A stretch of DNA of 64,000 nt from a virus. The translations under genes and the position numbers were made by a program. The notes beneath the pieces were generated by a model. The model did no database searches, had not been told where the DNA came from, and saw nothing but the letters and a program-made list of their open reading frames with translations. The stretch's first letter is position 1, and every line of letters starts with the position of its first letter. The stretch covers positions 3,863 to 67,862 of IMG/VR virus record IMGVR_UViG_3300005340_000040; one strand, 5' to 3'. Of the stretch, positions 43,698 to 53,525 are shown one piece after another.

Positions 43698-44443
43698 CAG
43701 CGCACGTACCCTCTCGCACGGAGGAACAGCGCTTCGTCACGCTGGAAGCGGGCGTCTTCCGTCGCGTACGTCTCGGGGACGTCGTCGATCGTGTAGTGGT
43801 ACGTGCACCGCGGTAGGAACGCCCTGCGACGAGCGTTCACCAGGACGGGCAGGTACACCGCCTGGTCGCCGGCTCGTCGCACGTACCCGCCGTCCGAACC
43901 CCGGAAGTTCTCGTCGGTGACGTCGTCGATGAGCCACCTCCTGAACGTCTTGAGATGGCTTGACACCCACGGGTGGGCGTACGGATCAGCACCGTCGGGC
44001 ATGGGACCGCTGATGTTCTTGTCGCTGTAACCCCACCGGTGGGCCGTCCAGAGCGCATCGCAGGATGTTCGACGGTAGGCCGAGTCGAGCATCGCTAGGG
44101 CGTCGACGTCGGTCAGCCAATCGTCGGCGTCGATGCGGCACACGATGTCGTCCGGAGCGCAGTCACCCTTGATCATGGTGATGACGTTCTCCACCTCCCA
44201 CTTCTTCCGCTCGTTAGCGTGGAAGACCAGCTTGCATGGGCCCTCCGGGCCCAGGAAGGTACGAAAGCGCTCGATGCACCCAAGCGATTGCTCGAGCTGA
44301 TCGGGATCCGACACGTCGTCGGTGATGACGACCTTCCAGTTGGAGTACGACTGCGCAACGATGGAGGCTAGCATCTGCGGCAGCGTGCGGCTCATGTTGT
44401 AGCTGCACGCAACGAAGACGAAGCGGTTATCACCAGTCGTCAC
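43697..44443 (-). CDS. GT2 glycosyltransferase
   Basis: SYN, SIVAQSY.NW, DDVSD, IDADDWL. Confidence 0.9.
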   Translation of the reverse strand: MTTGDNRFVFVACSYNMSRTLPQMLASIVAQSYSNWKVVITDDVSDPDQLEQSLGCIERFRTFLGPEGPCKLVFHANERKKWEVENVITMIKGDCAPDDIVCRIDADDWLTDVDALAMLDSAYRRTSCDALWTAHRWGYSDKNISGPMPDGADPYAHPWVSSHLKTFRRWLIDDVTDENFRGSDGGYVRRAGDQAVYLPVLVNARRRAFLPRCTYHYTIDDVPETYATEDARFQRDEALFLRARGYVR

Positions 44444-45155
44444 GGGCAGCTCCGGGCTTCGACAGCAGCACCTGGCCGTAGTCGACCTGGTCGTCCGACA
44501 GGCCGCGGTCGTCGAGGAACATGCGGCGATCCATCACGATGAGCTCCTTGCTGGCGTCGTCGATCTCATCGATTAACCGGCTGCACTGGATGCCGGGATC
44601 ACCCTTCGTGGGTAGGTGGTAGTCGTCGAACAGCAGGAAGCGGTTCCACCTGTCCTTCGTGTTGAGCCAGTCGAACTTCGTCCCCTCGTACGAGTGGTCG
44701 CCGTCGATGTACACGAGGTCGAACGAACCGGCTAGGCCTGGCAGGACGGCCTGCGACGTGCCGCGGGTGAACTGCACCATGTCGAACCATTCCTTCGGGA
44801 AGACGCCGCGGAGCGCCTGTAGGTACTGCTCGTCGAAGGTGGGATCGACGGTGATGATGCTGCCCACGGTGCCGGCGTCGTGGAACGCCCGAGCAGCGCA
44901 GAACGTAGCGTAGCCGCGGCCGAAGCCGATCTCAAGCATCGACGACAGGTTGTGCTGCCTGATGAGGTGGTAGATCAGGATCCCGCGTTCGTAGTTGGAG
45001 CGGTAGAAGGCACCGTGACGCCGGTAGTTCGGGTCGTTGGGTTGGCGCGTGCGCTTTGCTGTGAACTCCCCCACGTAGTCAAAGTCGCCCATGACGACCG
45101 CGTCGAGGGTGACGCCCATCTCCTCGAGCTTCCGCTTGATGCCCACGGTCCTCAT
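44430..45155 (-). CDS. Class I SAM-dependent methyltransferase (Methyltransf_24-like)
   Basis: LEIGFGRG, FDLVYIDGDHSYEG, LFDDY. Confidence 0.9.
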   Translation of the reverse strand: MRTVGIKRKLEEMGVTLDAVVMGDFDYVGEFTAKRTRQPNDPNYRRHGAFYRSNYERGILIYHLIRQHNLSSMLEIGFGRGYATFCAARAFHDAGTVGSIITVDPTFDEQYLQALRGVFPKEWFDMVQFTRGTSQAVLPGLAGSFDLVYIDGDHSYEGTKFDWLNTKDRWNRFLLFDDYHLPTKGDPGIQCSRLIDEIDDASKELIVMDRRMFLDDRGLSDDQVDYGQVLLSKPGAARDDW

Positions 45156-45727
45156 CGTGCCTTCACCCTCGTCTTCAACCCGTAGACGTACCCGTTTCGT
45201 GGACCAAGGTGATCATGACGCCGTAGCATGCCGCGATCGTACAGCTTCCTGAGGATGCTCGACAACGAGGACAGCTTCACCGGACCATCGTCCTCGATGT
45301 CGAGCCAACGTTTGATCTCAGATGCGCTTAGCATGGTCCCTGACCACGTGAGGACGTCGATCGTCCTACTACCGATCGTGCGAGGCTTGACCTTGGGTCC
45401 CCGCCATGCCGCTCCCAGGGAGCGATGTTCGATGGTGTGTTCCAGCCGGATCGCGTCCGCGATGCCGAGCCTCATCCCGTTGCTGATCCCCAGGTCGGTG
45501 TAGACCGCCGTCTTGTCCGCCCCTCGTCGCCAGGCGAATCCCGCGTCGATGCCCAAGGTGCGCTCGTTGAGAACGCCGTCGTCCAGCACGCCCTCCTGGG
45601 TGTAGAGGCCGTGGCTTGCGAAGGGCGCTTCGCCCCGCAGCAGGCAGTCCCTCATGCATGCCCTCAGGTAGCGTAGGTTCACCTCCACGTTGCCGGCATA
45701 CGGTGACTCGACGATCGTCCTCAGCAT
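45152..45727 (-). CDS. Nucleoside deoxyribosyltransferase/DUF4406-like domain fused to winged HTH
   Basis: ESPYAG, GEAPFASH.LY, D.GIS.GM..GI; C-terminal SSLSSILRKLYDRG...YVY. Confidence 0.65.
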   Translation of the reverse strand: MLRTIVESPYAGNVEVNLRYLRACMRDCLLRGEAPFASHGLYTQEGVLDDGVLNERTLGIDAGFAWRRGADKTAVYTDLGISNGMRLGIADAIRLEHTIEHRSLGAAWRGPKVKPRTIGSRTIDVLTWSGTMLSASEIKRWLDIEDDGPVKLSSLSSILRKLYDRGMLRRHDHLGPRNGYVYGLKTRVKAR

Positions 45728-47757
45728 GCCACGATCTCCTTCATGCAGCCCGGCTGCTCTCGGCCCGGCTTGAGCGACGGCGTCGGCGTGATGCCGTCCC
45801 AGGGGCGATGCCACACCCAACCCCCGAGGATGCTTTCCATGGAACGTGCACGAGCCTCGAGCATCTCGTCGGTCACCTGAGACCATGGAACGCCGAACAT
45901 CATGTTGTTCTCAGCCGTGTCGGAGGCGTCCTTCCCCCACAGGGCGTTCCAGTGGTTCTGCCAGTAGTCGCGGTAGAGCCGTACCTTGCGCGGGATGTCG
46001 TACCAGCTGTAGTGGAACGTGCAGGGAAGGCCCCGCGTCACCTGGTCGAACCACGCCTGGTACTGCTGCAGCGCGGCGGCGTCGCCTCCCATCGCTGCTC
46101 GGCGCGCCGCTTCGACCTGGGCCGTGTAGAAGGTGACGTGGGGCAGCACGTCGCCCGTTGAAGCGTCGATCATGTCGCAACCGTCCGTCCCCTCCGCGGC
46201 GAACGGGGTGCCGTCGGCGGCCGTTCGTCGCAGCTGCTTGGGGATCCCGTGCGTGATGCTGGGCAGGTTACGGCTCAGGCGCCACTTCCACGGCTGGACG
46301 TCGAGGCGAACCTTGTGGGGCCCGCCCCAGTACTCGATGACGGGGAGCGCCATGATGTTCACCTCGCGTGGGATCGCGCGGCACAGCTCGGCGATCCTCG
46401 GTGCATCGTCCTCGTGAACGACCTCATCGGCGTCCATCTGCCAGCAGAACTCGCTGGTGCACATGGCCCGTGCCTCAGCCTTCTGCATGCCGTCGAAGAC
46501 AGGGTGGCACTTGGCAGACCAGTTGCGCGGCACGATCCTGATGCGCAACCGCTTGTCGCGATGGGCGCCGTGCCATGCGTCGGGCAGCTCACAGTAGCGC
46601 TCTCCCGCTGCGATCGACAGGTGCACCCACGTCTTCAGGTCCTCGATGAGCTGGAGGGTTGCATGCGGGTAGGCAAGGTCGATCAGGACGTCGAGAGTTG
46701 CGTCCGTCGAACCCCCGTCGACCACGCAAACCTCATCGCAGAAACTCAGCATCGATGTCAGGCACTGGCGCAGCGGGTAGCCACCCCTCATGCAATTCAA
46801 GGCGGTCGTGTAGCCGGAGATGGTGGGACGGTAGTCCATCATCCGCTTGATGCCGTTCCAGAACAAGCTACGGGCTGCGTAGAGGTACTCATGGATCGAG
46901 TCGACGTCATCGGTGTCGAACCACAGCTCACGGCGGTGCTGGACGTGGTCGTTGAGGTGCAGCGCACAGCCCAGCAGCTTCGCTTCGATGACCATGCGGG
47001 GGCAGGTGTCTCCTCCCCGCGGTAGGTACACGAACCCCTCAGCGCGTGATAGGCGGTCGAGCAGCTGGTCGTAGGGGAGGTCGTGCACGACCTCGTGGTC
47101 CCTGCCCGTCTCCGTGCACCATCGTTGGGCATCTTCCGTTCCCTTGATCCAGGAGGAGGATCCCAGGACGATCCAACCGTTCCGCGGTTCGGCGGATTGC
47201 TTGCTGCGTAGCAGCTTTATGAGGCCCAATGTCCGATCGTCGAAGACGCTGGACAGGACGACGTTGTCCTTCTCGGCGAGGAAGGGAAACATCGTCAGGT
47301 ACCTTTCCTTCTGCGCTTCGCTCATCCACCACAGGCCCATCGAGCCGTAGTAGAAGGCGCTCACGAGGTTCCCATGGGGCCTCTGGGCGCAGTCGCACGG
47401 TGTTCCAGCTGCGTGCATGTGCTTCTCGGGCGACCGTGCCTGGCAGTACTTGTAGTCGTACTCCACGATCGAGTAGCGCATGTTGGCGACGATGCTGGGG
47501 ATCAGATCGGGGTTCAACCTGCTGAAGTTGCCGAAGATCCAGAACCTGTCGACCCCCTCCCTGAGGAGGTCCATGGAAACGTCGCTGGACCTGACGCGGT
47601 GCACCTCGAACGGGCTCGAGTCGATGAGCGCCTGGGTTGTCAGCTCCGCTCCCCCCACGTACTCATCGACGAACATGTCAGAGACGAACACGATCCGAGC
47701 GCCGCTTGGGATGCGTGGGCCGCTGGAGAACACGCTTGACGAAAAATCGACCACCAT
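45721..47757 (-). CDS. Two-domain glycosyltransferase (GT-B + GT2)
   Basis: GGAE, DTCPRMVIEAKLLG; then DEVCVVDGGSTD, QMDADE. Confidence 0.88.
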   Translation of the reverse strand: MVVDFSSSVFSSGPRIPSGARIVFVSDMFVDEYVGGAELTTQALIDSSPFEVHRVRSSDVSMDLLREGVDRFWIFGNFSRLNPDLIPSIVANMRYSIVEYDYKYCQARSPEKHMHAAGTPCDCAQRPHGNLVSAFYYGSMGLWWMSEAQKERYLTMFPFLAEKDNVVLSSVFDDRTLGLIKLLRSKQSAEPRNGWIVLGSSSWIKGTEDAQRWCTETGRDHEVVHDLPYDQLLDRLSRAEGFVYLPRGGDTCPRMVIEAKLLGCALHLNDHVQHRRELWFDTDDVDSIHEYLYAARSLFWNGIKRMMDYRPTISGYTTALNCMRGGYPLRQCLTSMLSFCDEVCVVDGGSTDATLDVLIDLAYPHATLQLIEDLKTWVHLSIAAGERYCELPDAWHGAHRDKRLRIRIVPRNWSAKCHPVFDGMQKAEARAMCTSEFCWQMDADEVVHEDDAPRIAELCRAIPREVNIMALPVIEYWGGPHKVRLDVQPWKWRLSRNLPSITHGIPKQLRRTAADGTPFAAEGTDGCDMIDASTGDVLPHVTFYTAQVEAARRAAMGGDAAALQQYQAWFDQVTRGLPCTFHYSWYDIPRKVRLYRDYWQNHWNALWGKDASDTAENNMMFGVPWSQVTDEMLEARARSMESILGGWVWHRPWDGITPTPSLKPGREQPGCMKEIVAC

Positions 47758-47966
47758 GGTGGCATGGTACGCTCGTAGTTGCAGTGCTGTTCATGCCATG
47801 AGAACATCATTTTTCAGCAACGATGCTACTTAGCAGAGCTGCGGCGGGACGCCATGCCCGACCGCGTTGTACATTTTGACTGGGATCTGAGATCTAGATC
47901 AGCTAGATCTGTCTCTTGAACGGTGCTCAAGGATCAGAGAGCACGCGGACGGGGCGCGGGCGAGGA

Positions 47967-48380
47967 ATGCGACAGAAACAATCCCGGGTCGGTCGAACGC
48001 AGCAGGGCTCGGTTGACGCACAGTCACAAGCTCTCGAGTTGCAGGAGCAGCTCCTTCTGCGGCTGAACCAAAAGCTGGAATCGCCTGCGTTGAACGGTGG
48101 GTTCGACGACCTTGCGAAGAAGGTCGACCGCATCGAGAACACGACGGACCAGCTCAAGGAGACGCAAGCCGCCTACAGCAAGAAGATCGACGCCATTCAC
48201 ACCGCGATCTACGATCCGGAGACGGGCCTGTACACGAAGGTGAAGTCGCACGGTTCGTGGATCAACTCCACGAACCAGGGCCTCAGGTGGTTCGCGGGCC
48301 TGGCCATCGCCGGGACGTTGACCGGGATCGGAAAGTTGCTGTACGACTTCATCACGGGGCACATTCTCTACCATCCGTGA
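47967..48380 (+). CDS. Coiled-coil protein with C-terminal TM helix
   Basis: GAGGA SD; heptad pattern; hydrophobic tail. Confidence 0.65.
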   Translation: MRQKQSRVGRTQQGSVDAQSQALELQEQLLLRLNQKLESPALNGGFDDLAKKVDRIENTTDQLKETQAAYSKKIDAIHTAIYDPETGLYTKVKSHGSWINSTNQGLRWFAGLAIAGTLTGIGKLLYDFITGHILYHP

Positions 48381-48396
48381 GTACCATCCTGCATGG

Positions 48397-49593
48397 ATGA
48401 AGCAGATCCATGCAGCGTCGGACGTTGAGGAATCGCTGGCTCGCATCCGACGTCGGTTGAACAGCGTCGTGGCGACCCACGTCAAGGTGGCCCTGAGCGG
48501 TCGGCCGCCGGCCCGGCGGTCCTGCACGCAGGCCTTGTTCGAGCTGCGCTTCTCTCACCCCATTGACTCGCAGTGCTACGAGATCGTGCTTCACCACGGC
48601 GGTGCCGCGGAACGATTAGCCCCCGGGGGATTCGTTCGGTTCGTCCAGCTGTTCCTCGAGGAGGCGCCAGAAGCTGGCGAACGGATCTTCGTCGAGGGAC
48701 GCCATGCCGACCTAGCGGCGGTGAACCGGCTGCTCCTGGAGCATGCTGCCCCCGGTGGCGAGCTCGCCGTGGCCTTGGTAACGACCGCCGTGGAGATGGC
48801 CGGCCGCGCCGGGAAGGTCGTCGTGGAGAGGACAACGTCGCGTCAGGCCTCAGTCGAGATGACGCGAGGCTACAGCTTCCAGCTCGCCAGCCCCATGGGA
48901 CGGGATGTCGAGATGAGCTGTCCCAGGATCGTGTGCATCGACGGCTACGTGGAGACCGTCGGGGAAGTTCACCACCTGCTCGAGGAGGCTAGCGCCTCGC
49001 GTGAACCGTGCATCATCTTCGCTCGTGGCTTTGCCGACGATGTCCTGCAAACGCTACGCGTCAATTACGACCGCGGTACGTTGGTCGTGGTGCCGGTCGT
49101 GGTCCCGTACGACCTGGCCGACATGAACACGCTCGTCGACGTCGCTACCGTCGCTGGCGGCGACGTCGTTTCCAGCCTGAAGGGCGATCTCATCAGCTCC
49201 GTCAGCCTGGAGCGCTTGCCTCGGGTGCAGCATGCTGCGATCCTGCGCAACACCGTCGTCCTGAGGAACGGTGCAACGTACGCTCGGGTCAGGCTGCACG
49301 AGCAGCAGCTTCGCGCCAAGCGTGAGCTCGAAGAGCAGGAAGAGGTGGCCAAGATGCTGGACGCGAGGCTCCGTTCGTTGGCGTCCAACCACGTCGTGGT
49401 GCGCATTCCCACGGGCCATGATCGCTCAAGGGTCATGCAGGGCGTCGACTCAGCGCTTCGAGCGGTCAGGTGCGCCGTCGACCATGGCATCACCCAGGAC
49501 GGCCGGCTTGCTGCCGTCGAGGCGGCCGCGCGGTTGCACGTCGCGCGCTGTCATCGCACGTTGAGCGACCTGGGGGCGGTCATCACCCGCTGA
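48397..49593 (+). CDS. Divergent GroEL/chaperonin-like protein
   Basis: GY.F, PCIIFARGFADDVLQTL.VN..RG.L.VV, L.DVATVAGG, RL.SL...VV.I. Confidence 0.65.
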   Translation: MKQIHAASDVEESLARIRRRLNSVVATHVKVALSGRPPARRSCTQALFELRFSHPIDSQCYEIVLHHGGAAERLAPGGFVRFVQLFLEEAPEAGERIFVEGRHADLAAVNRLLLEHAAPGGELAVALVTTAVEMAGRAGKVVVERTTSRQASVEMTRGYSFQLASPMGRDVEMSCPRIVCIDGYVETVGEVHHLLEEASASREPCIIFARGFADDVLQTLRVNYDRGTLVVVPVVVPYDLADMNTLVDVATVAGGDVVSSLKGDLISSVSLERLPRVQHAAILRNTVVLRNGATYARVRLHEQQLRAKRELEEQEEVAKMLDARLRSLASNHVVVRIPTGHDRSRVMQGVDSALRAVRCAVDHGITQDGRLAAVEAAARLHVARCHRTLSDLGAVITR

Positions 49594-50677
49594 GCTTGTC
49601 GACGTCGAGCCCCGCGTCCACGAGCTGCTTCACGAGCGAATCGATGCCCGCGGGGCTCGAGCCCAACGACCTGATCAACGGCCCGAGGCGGGCCTTCGCC
49701 TTCTCGTAGTGAACGTTCGCTCCCCCGCCCCTGGGCGAAGGGGGTCGTTGGCCGGCGGGAGTCGACGCGCTCGCAGCCGTCGTGCCCTTCGCCGGCGCTG
49801 ACGGCTGCGAGCTACGGCTCGGCTGCGCGGGCTCTTCCGAGCTCGTCCCCCTTGTTTCCACGTCGCCGTGCGATCGCAGCTGATCCTTCATGTCGTCTGC
49901 GATGTCCGAGGTCTTCGCCCCCTGCTGGATCTTACGAGCAACGCTAGCGAAGACCTTGATGGGTGCCCGAACGAGCTCGTCGGCGAGGTCCGCGCTGCTG
50001 ATGTACGGGACCTTCTTGAACCCGCTGAAGATCCCGCCGGGGGAGAGCGCCTTCTGCAGCTGCGACACGATCGACGATAGCCGGCCGTCGGCCTCGTCCA
50101 GGCGTGGGCTTTCGATGCCGTCGCCCTCCGCGGGACCGGGGATGTCCAGCGCATCCGTGCCGTTGATCTCCTTGTCGGGCGCGTGCTTGCTGACGCTGTA
50201 GCTGTTGTCCCCAGCACCTGCCTGGCCCAGCACGCCGGCCAGGCTTTTGTTCAGGTCGACGTTCTTCAGGTCGATCCCGTTGTTCTTCAGGATTAACGGG
50301 ATCTGCGAAAAACCTCGCTCGAGCGCGTTCGCGAACGTCGTCACCTTGACGACGGGGTTGTCGATCCCAGCAAGCTGCTTCATCTTCGACCAGGCCGCGG
50401 CGATGGGACCTCCGGCCGTGTACTTGTTGAGCTCAGCTTGAGCCTGCTCGATCGCTGCCTTGAGCTTGGGTAGCTGCGGCGTCTTGACGGCGTCTAGCTT
50501 CTGAACGATCGCGGCGACCTTGGTGAGGTCGCCCTCGTCCATGGCCTCGCACAGGCGCGTCACCGTTCGAGCCTCGTTGAGCAGCTCGATGTCGATGAGC
50601 TTCATGCGAGAGCCCACCTTCGCGATCCTGCCCGCCTTGTACCTCTCCTTGAGCGTCTGCGGCATGCCCTCTTTCAC
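49583..50677 (-). CDS. Hypothetical, probably virion-associated protein
   Basis: Long ORF preceded by ATAGTTAG motif and GGAG. Confidence 0.65.
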   Translation of the reverse strand: MKEGMPQTLKERYKAGRIAKVGSRMKLIDIELLNEARTVTRLCEAMDEGDLTKVAAIVQKLDAVKTPQLPKLKAAIEQAQAELNKYTAGGPIAAAWSKMKQLAGIDNPVVKVTTFANALERGFSQIPLILKNNGIDLKNVDLNKSLAGVLGQAGAGDNSYSVSKHAPDKEINGTDALDIPGPAEGDGIESPRLDEADGRLSSIVSQLQKALSPGGIFSGFKKVPYISSADLADELVRAPIKVFASVARKIQQGAKTSDIADDMKDQLRSHGDVETRGTSSEEPAQPSRSSQPSAPAKGTTAASASTPAGQRPPSPRGGGANVHYEKAKARLGPLIRSLGSSPAGIDSLVKQLVDAGLDVDKLSG

Positions 50678-50728
50678 TCCTGTTGTTTACAGCGGCTAAC
50701 TATGCTGGTACAGTCAGCTTAGGTGCCC

Positions 50729-50995
50729 ATGAGCAGGATGAATCCCAGCGATAGGATCGACAAGGCGTCGTGGACCCTGATGGAGGGGATCAAGGATGCC
50801 GCGGTCATGAACGTCACGGCGGCGGACCTCAAGATCAGCGCCGAGGATCGGCAGCGGCTCATCAGCATCGTGAGCGCCTCCGTCGACGAGGGCTACCATC
50901 GCGGGCACCGCACCTTCTCGAAGGTCGTTGAGAGCACGCTGCAGGACGTCGAGGAGCATGCGGCGGTCCCCATCGACCTCCACCGGCGAACGTAG
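50729..50995 (+). CDS. Hypothetical protein
   Basis: ORF with GC3 bias. Confidence 0.65.
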   Translation: MSRMNPSDRIDKASWTLMEGIKDAAVMNVTAADLKISAEDRQRLISIVSASVDEGYHRGHRTFSKVVESTLQDVEEHAAVPIDLHRRT

Positions 50996-51019
50996 CGGGC
51001 GCTTTGACGCGAGGGTAGG

Positions 51020-51490
51020 TTGCCGACCGGCATCAAGCACCTGATCACGTGCCGCTGCGTTATGCCGCAGTATCGGCGCGCTCCCGATCCCCCTGCGCAT
51101 CAGTTTGTCGTGTTCTCCATCGTCGATGACGACGGCACCACCCGCCCGCGCATCGTGCAGTGCAACAACTGCGGCGTGGTCCACAAGGTCGTCGACGTCT
51201 GCCGCTCCGAGATCGTCAACGGTCGCGACGCGATGGCATCGAGCACCTCGATCGATGAGGTGAAGCTGGGCATGCCGCCGCCGCTCGTCGCGCTGCTGGA
51301 GTCGAACGACGTGGACCTCTCGACGTGGGAGATGGTCAGGTTCGTGCTCGAGCAACGCCAGTGGGGCACGTTCGTCGTGCTCTCGACCGAGGAGGTCGGC
51401 GGCCTGAGGCAGGGTAAGTACCTTCACATCCTGGGAGAGGGCATGTACAAGGTTGAGACGTTTGCTCGTGAGGAGGTTGTCGGACGATGA
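51020..51490 (+). CDS. Zn-binding hypothetical protein
   Basis: HLITCRC..., QCNNCG..H....C. Confidence 0.75.
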   Translation: MPTGIKHLITCRCVMPQYRRAPDPPAHQFVVFSIVDDDGTTRPRIVQCNNCGVVHKVVDVCRSEIVNGRDAMASSTSIDEVKLGMPPPLVALLESNDVDLSTWEMVRFVLEQRQWGTFVVLSTEEVGGLRQGKYLHILGEGMYKVETFAREEVVGR

Positions 51491-51738
51491 ACATGTACGG
51501 GCAGCTGCCTGCCGAGAAGGTGGCCAGCGAGAACACCGTCTGCCGGCAGATTGCGTACGAGATCAGCAACTTCGGCATCAACGAGCGGCAGCGGTTGATG
51601 CTGATCTACCTGCTGGCGATGGAGCTCGAGAACGTGGAGCACATGCAGTCGATCACGGGCCTCGTCCGGGAACTCGGCCGGGGAAGCGCGTTCATCATCG
51701 CTCCAGAGGACGACGGCGAGCTCACGCCACCTCGTTGA
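51487..51738 (+). CDS. Hypothetical protein
   Basis: ATGA overlap; GAGGAGG SD. Confidence 0.7.
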   Translation: MNMYGQLPAEKVASENTVCRQIAYEISNFGINERQRLMLIYLLAMELENVEHMQSITGLVRELGRGSAFIIAPEDDGELTPPR

Positions 51739-51806
51739 ACTTCAAGCGGCGGTGACGTACCATCCACGGTGTGCCGCGTTTACGCGGCACACCTGAAGGG
51801 GTACGT

Positions 51807-53450
51807 ATGGTCACGGTGGACGATTGGAGGCACTGCTTTCCGTTCCCGACGCTTCGTCCGGAGCAGGAACAGGCCATCAACTTCGCGCTCGAGTCGTTCC
51901 TGAGCGGTGGGAAACGTTTCGTCATCGCCGAGCTTGGCACCGGCGTCGGGAAGTCAGCGATCGCGGTGACCGTGGCCCGCTACCTGGCCACCCAGGCCCC
52001 CGGAGGCGACGCCTACGTGTTGACGACCCAGAAGATCCTGCAGGAGCAGTACATGGACGACTTCGGTCCATCGTCTGGGCTCAACGCGATGCGCTCCCTA
52101 CGGTCGTCGTCGAACTACAGCTGCCGGTACTACGCCGACCAGACGTGCGCTGAGTCACGGCGCCTGCTCCAGCAGCTCGGCAAGCGCTTGGTCGACTCCG
52201 AGTTCCACAGTTGCTGTCGCTCCGCTTGCCCGTACGTCCTCGACAAGCAGGAGTTCATGGACTTCCCCGTTGGCATCACCAACTTCTCGTACTTCCTGGC
52301 CGAGACCATGTACGCGAAGCAGCTGCAGCCGCGGTCGTTGCTGGTGATCGACGAGTGCCACAACGTCGAGGCAGAGCTGAGCAAGTTCGTCGAGGTGACG
52401 TTCTCAGAGCGCTTCGCCGAGACGGCCCTGAGCATCAAAGCGCCGCGCACCCGAACCGACGCAACGATCGTCGGATGGATCCGCGGGCCCTACCGCGCGG
52501 CCGTCGAGAAGCAGAAGGTTCGCCTGGGTAAGCGTTTGGGCAGCGCCAACGTGGATCGTGAGGCGAACGCTGAGCTGCAGCAGCTCAGCAAGCAGTACGA
52601 GATGCTCGACAAGCACCTGTGCAAGGTCGATCGCTTCATCGGTGACTACGATTCGTCGCCGACCAACTGGGTGATGAACACCATCGAACCACCGCCCGGT
52701 GGGAAGGTAGGCCGAAAGTACGAGTTCAAGCCCGTCGACGTCGCCCCCCATGCGCACGGCAGCCTCTACGACTTCGGTGAGCGAGTGCTGCTCATGTCCG
52801 CGACCGTCATCGACAAGGACACGTACTGCCGCTCCGTCGGCATCGACCCGGACGCGACGGCCTTCATTCACATCGCAACGCCCTTCCCCGTCAGCAACAG
52901 GCCCATCCACTACCTCGGCGCTGGCAGCATGGCCAGGAACAGCATCGACTCAACGTTGCCCCACGTCGTCGCTATCGTCAAGCAGCTGCTCGAGCTCCAC
53001 GCAAACGACAAGGGGATCGTCCACTGCGTGAACTACAGGATCGCCCAGCACCTGTTCGACGCGCTGAGGAACGATCGGCTGCTGCTGCACGGTAGCGGCA
53101 ACCGGGAGGACACGATCAAGGAGCACCTGGCGGCCCAACGACCCACCGTCCTCCTGAGCCCCTCGATGACCGAGGGCGTTGACCTAGCCGACACCGCCAG
53201 CAGGTTCCAGGTCCTGTGCAAGGTTCCGTTCCCGTACCTGGGCGACCGCGTAATCCAACTTCGAAAGGAGCGCAACGGGGGATGGTACGCGTGCCAGACG
53301 GCCCGCTCCGTCATCCAGGCGCTGGGTCGCTCCATCAGGAACGCTGACGATTACGCGACGTCGTACATACTCGACTCCGACTGGGAGCGCTTCTACAGGA
53401 TGAACTCGACCATGTTCCCGCCCGAATTCAAGGCAGCGTTGCAGCAGTAG
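51807..53450 (+). CDS. DinG/YoaA-family SF2 helicase
   Basis: Q-motif RPEQ, GTGVGKS, Fe-S-type cysteines, DECH, MSAT, EGVD, KVPFP, QALGRSIR..DD. Confidence 0.93.
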   Translation: MVTVDDWRHCFPFPTLRPEQEQAINFALESFLSGGKRFVIAELGTGVGKSAIAVTVARYLATQAPGGDAYVLTTQKILQEQYMDDFGPSSGLNAMRSLRSSSNYSCRYYADQTCAESRRLLQQLGKRLVDSEFHSCCRSACPYVLDKQEFMDFPVGITNFSYFLAETMYAKQLQPRSLLVIDECHNVEAELSKFVEVTFSERFAETALSIKAPRTRTDATIVGWIRGPYRAAVEKQKVRLGKRLGSANVDREANAELQQLSKQYEMLDKHLCKVDRFIGDYDSSPTNWVMNTIEPPPGGKVGRKYEFKPVDVAPHAHGSLYDFGERVLLMSATVIDKDTYCRSVGIDPDATAFIHIATPFPVSNRPIHYLGAGSMARNSIDSTLPHVVAIVKQLLELHANDKGIVHCVNYRIAQHLFDALRNDRLLLHGSGNREDTIKEHLAAQRPTVLLSPSMTEGVDLADTASRFQVLCKVPFPYLGDRVIQLRKERNGGWYACQTARSVIQALGRSIRNADDYATSYILDSDWERFYRMNSTMFPPEFKAALQQ

Positions 53451-53525
53451 ACAGCGCTCACAGGTAGCGCAAACCTTTTTACGATGGTCGTGGATGGGGT
53501 ACCTCTTTCCACGAGGTCAGAGAAC

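Noticed and set aside
10824-47757. Long plus-strand ORFs (e.g. 16830-18155, 26159-27253, 28893-29951)
   Set aside because: They are antisense shadows of high-GC3 genes with no recognisable motifs.
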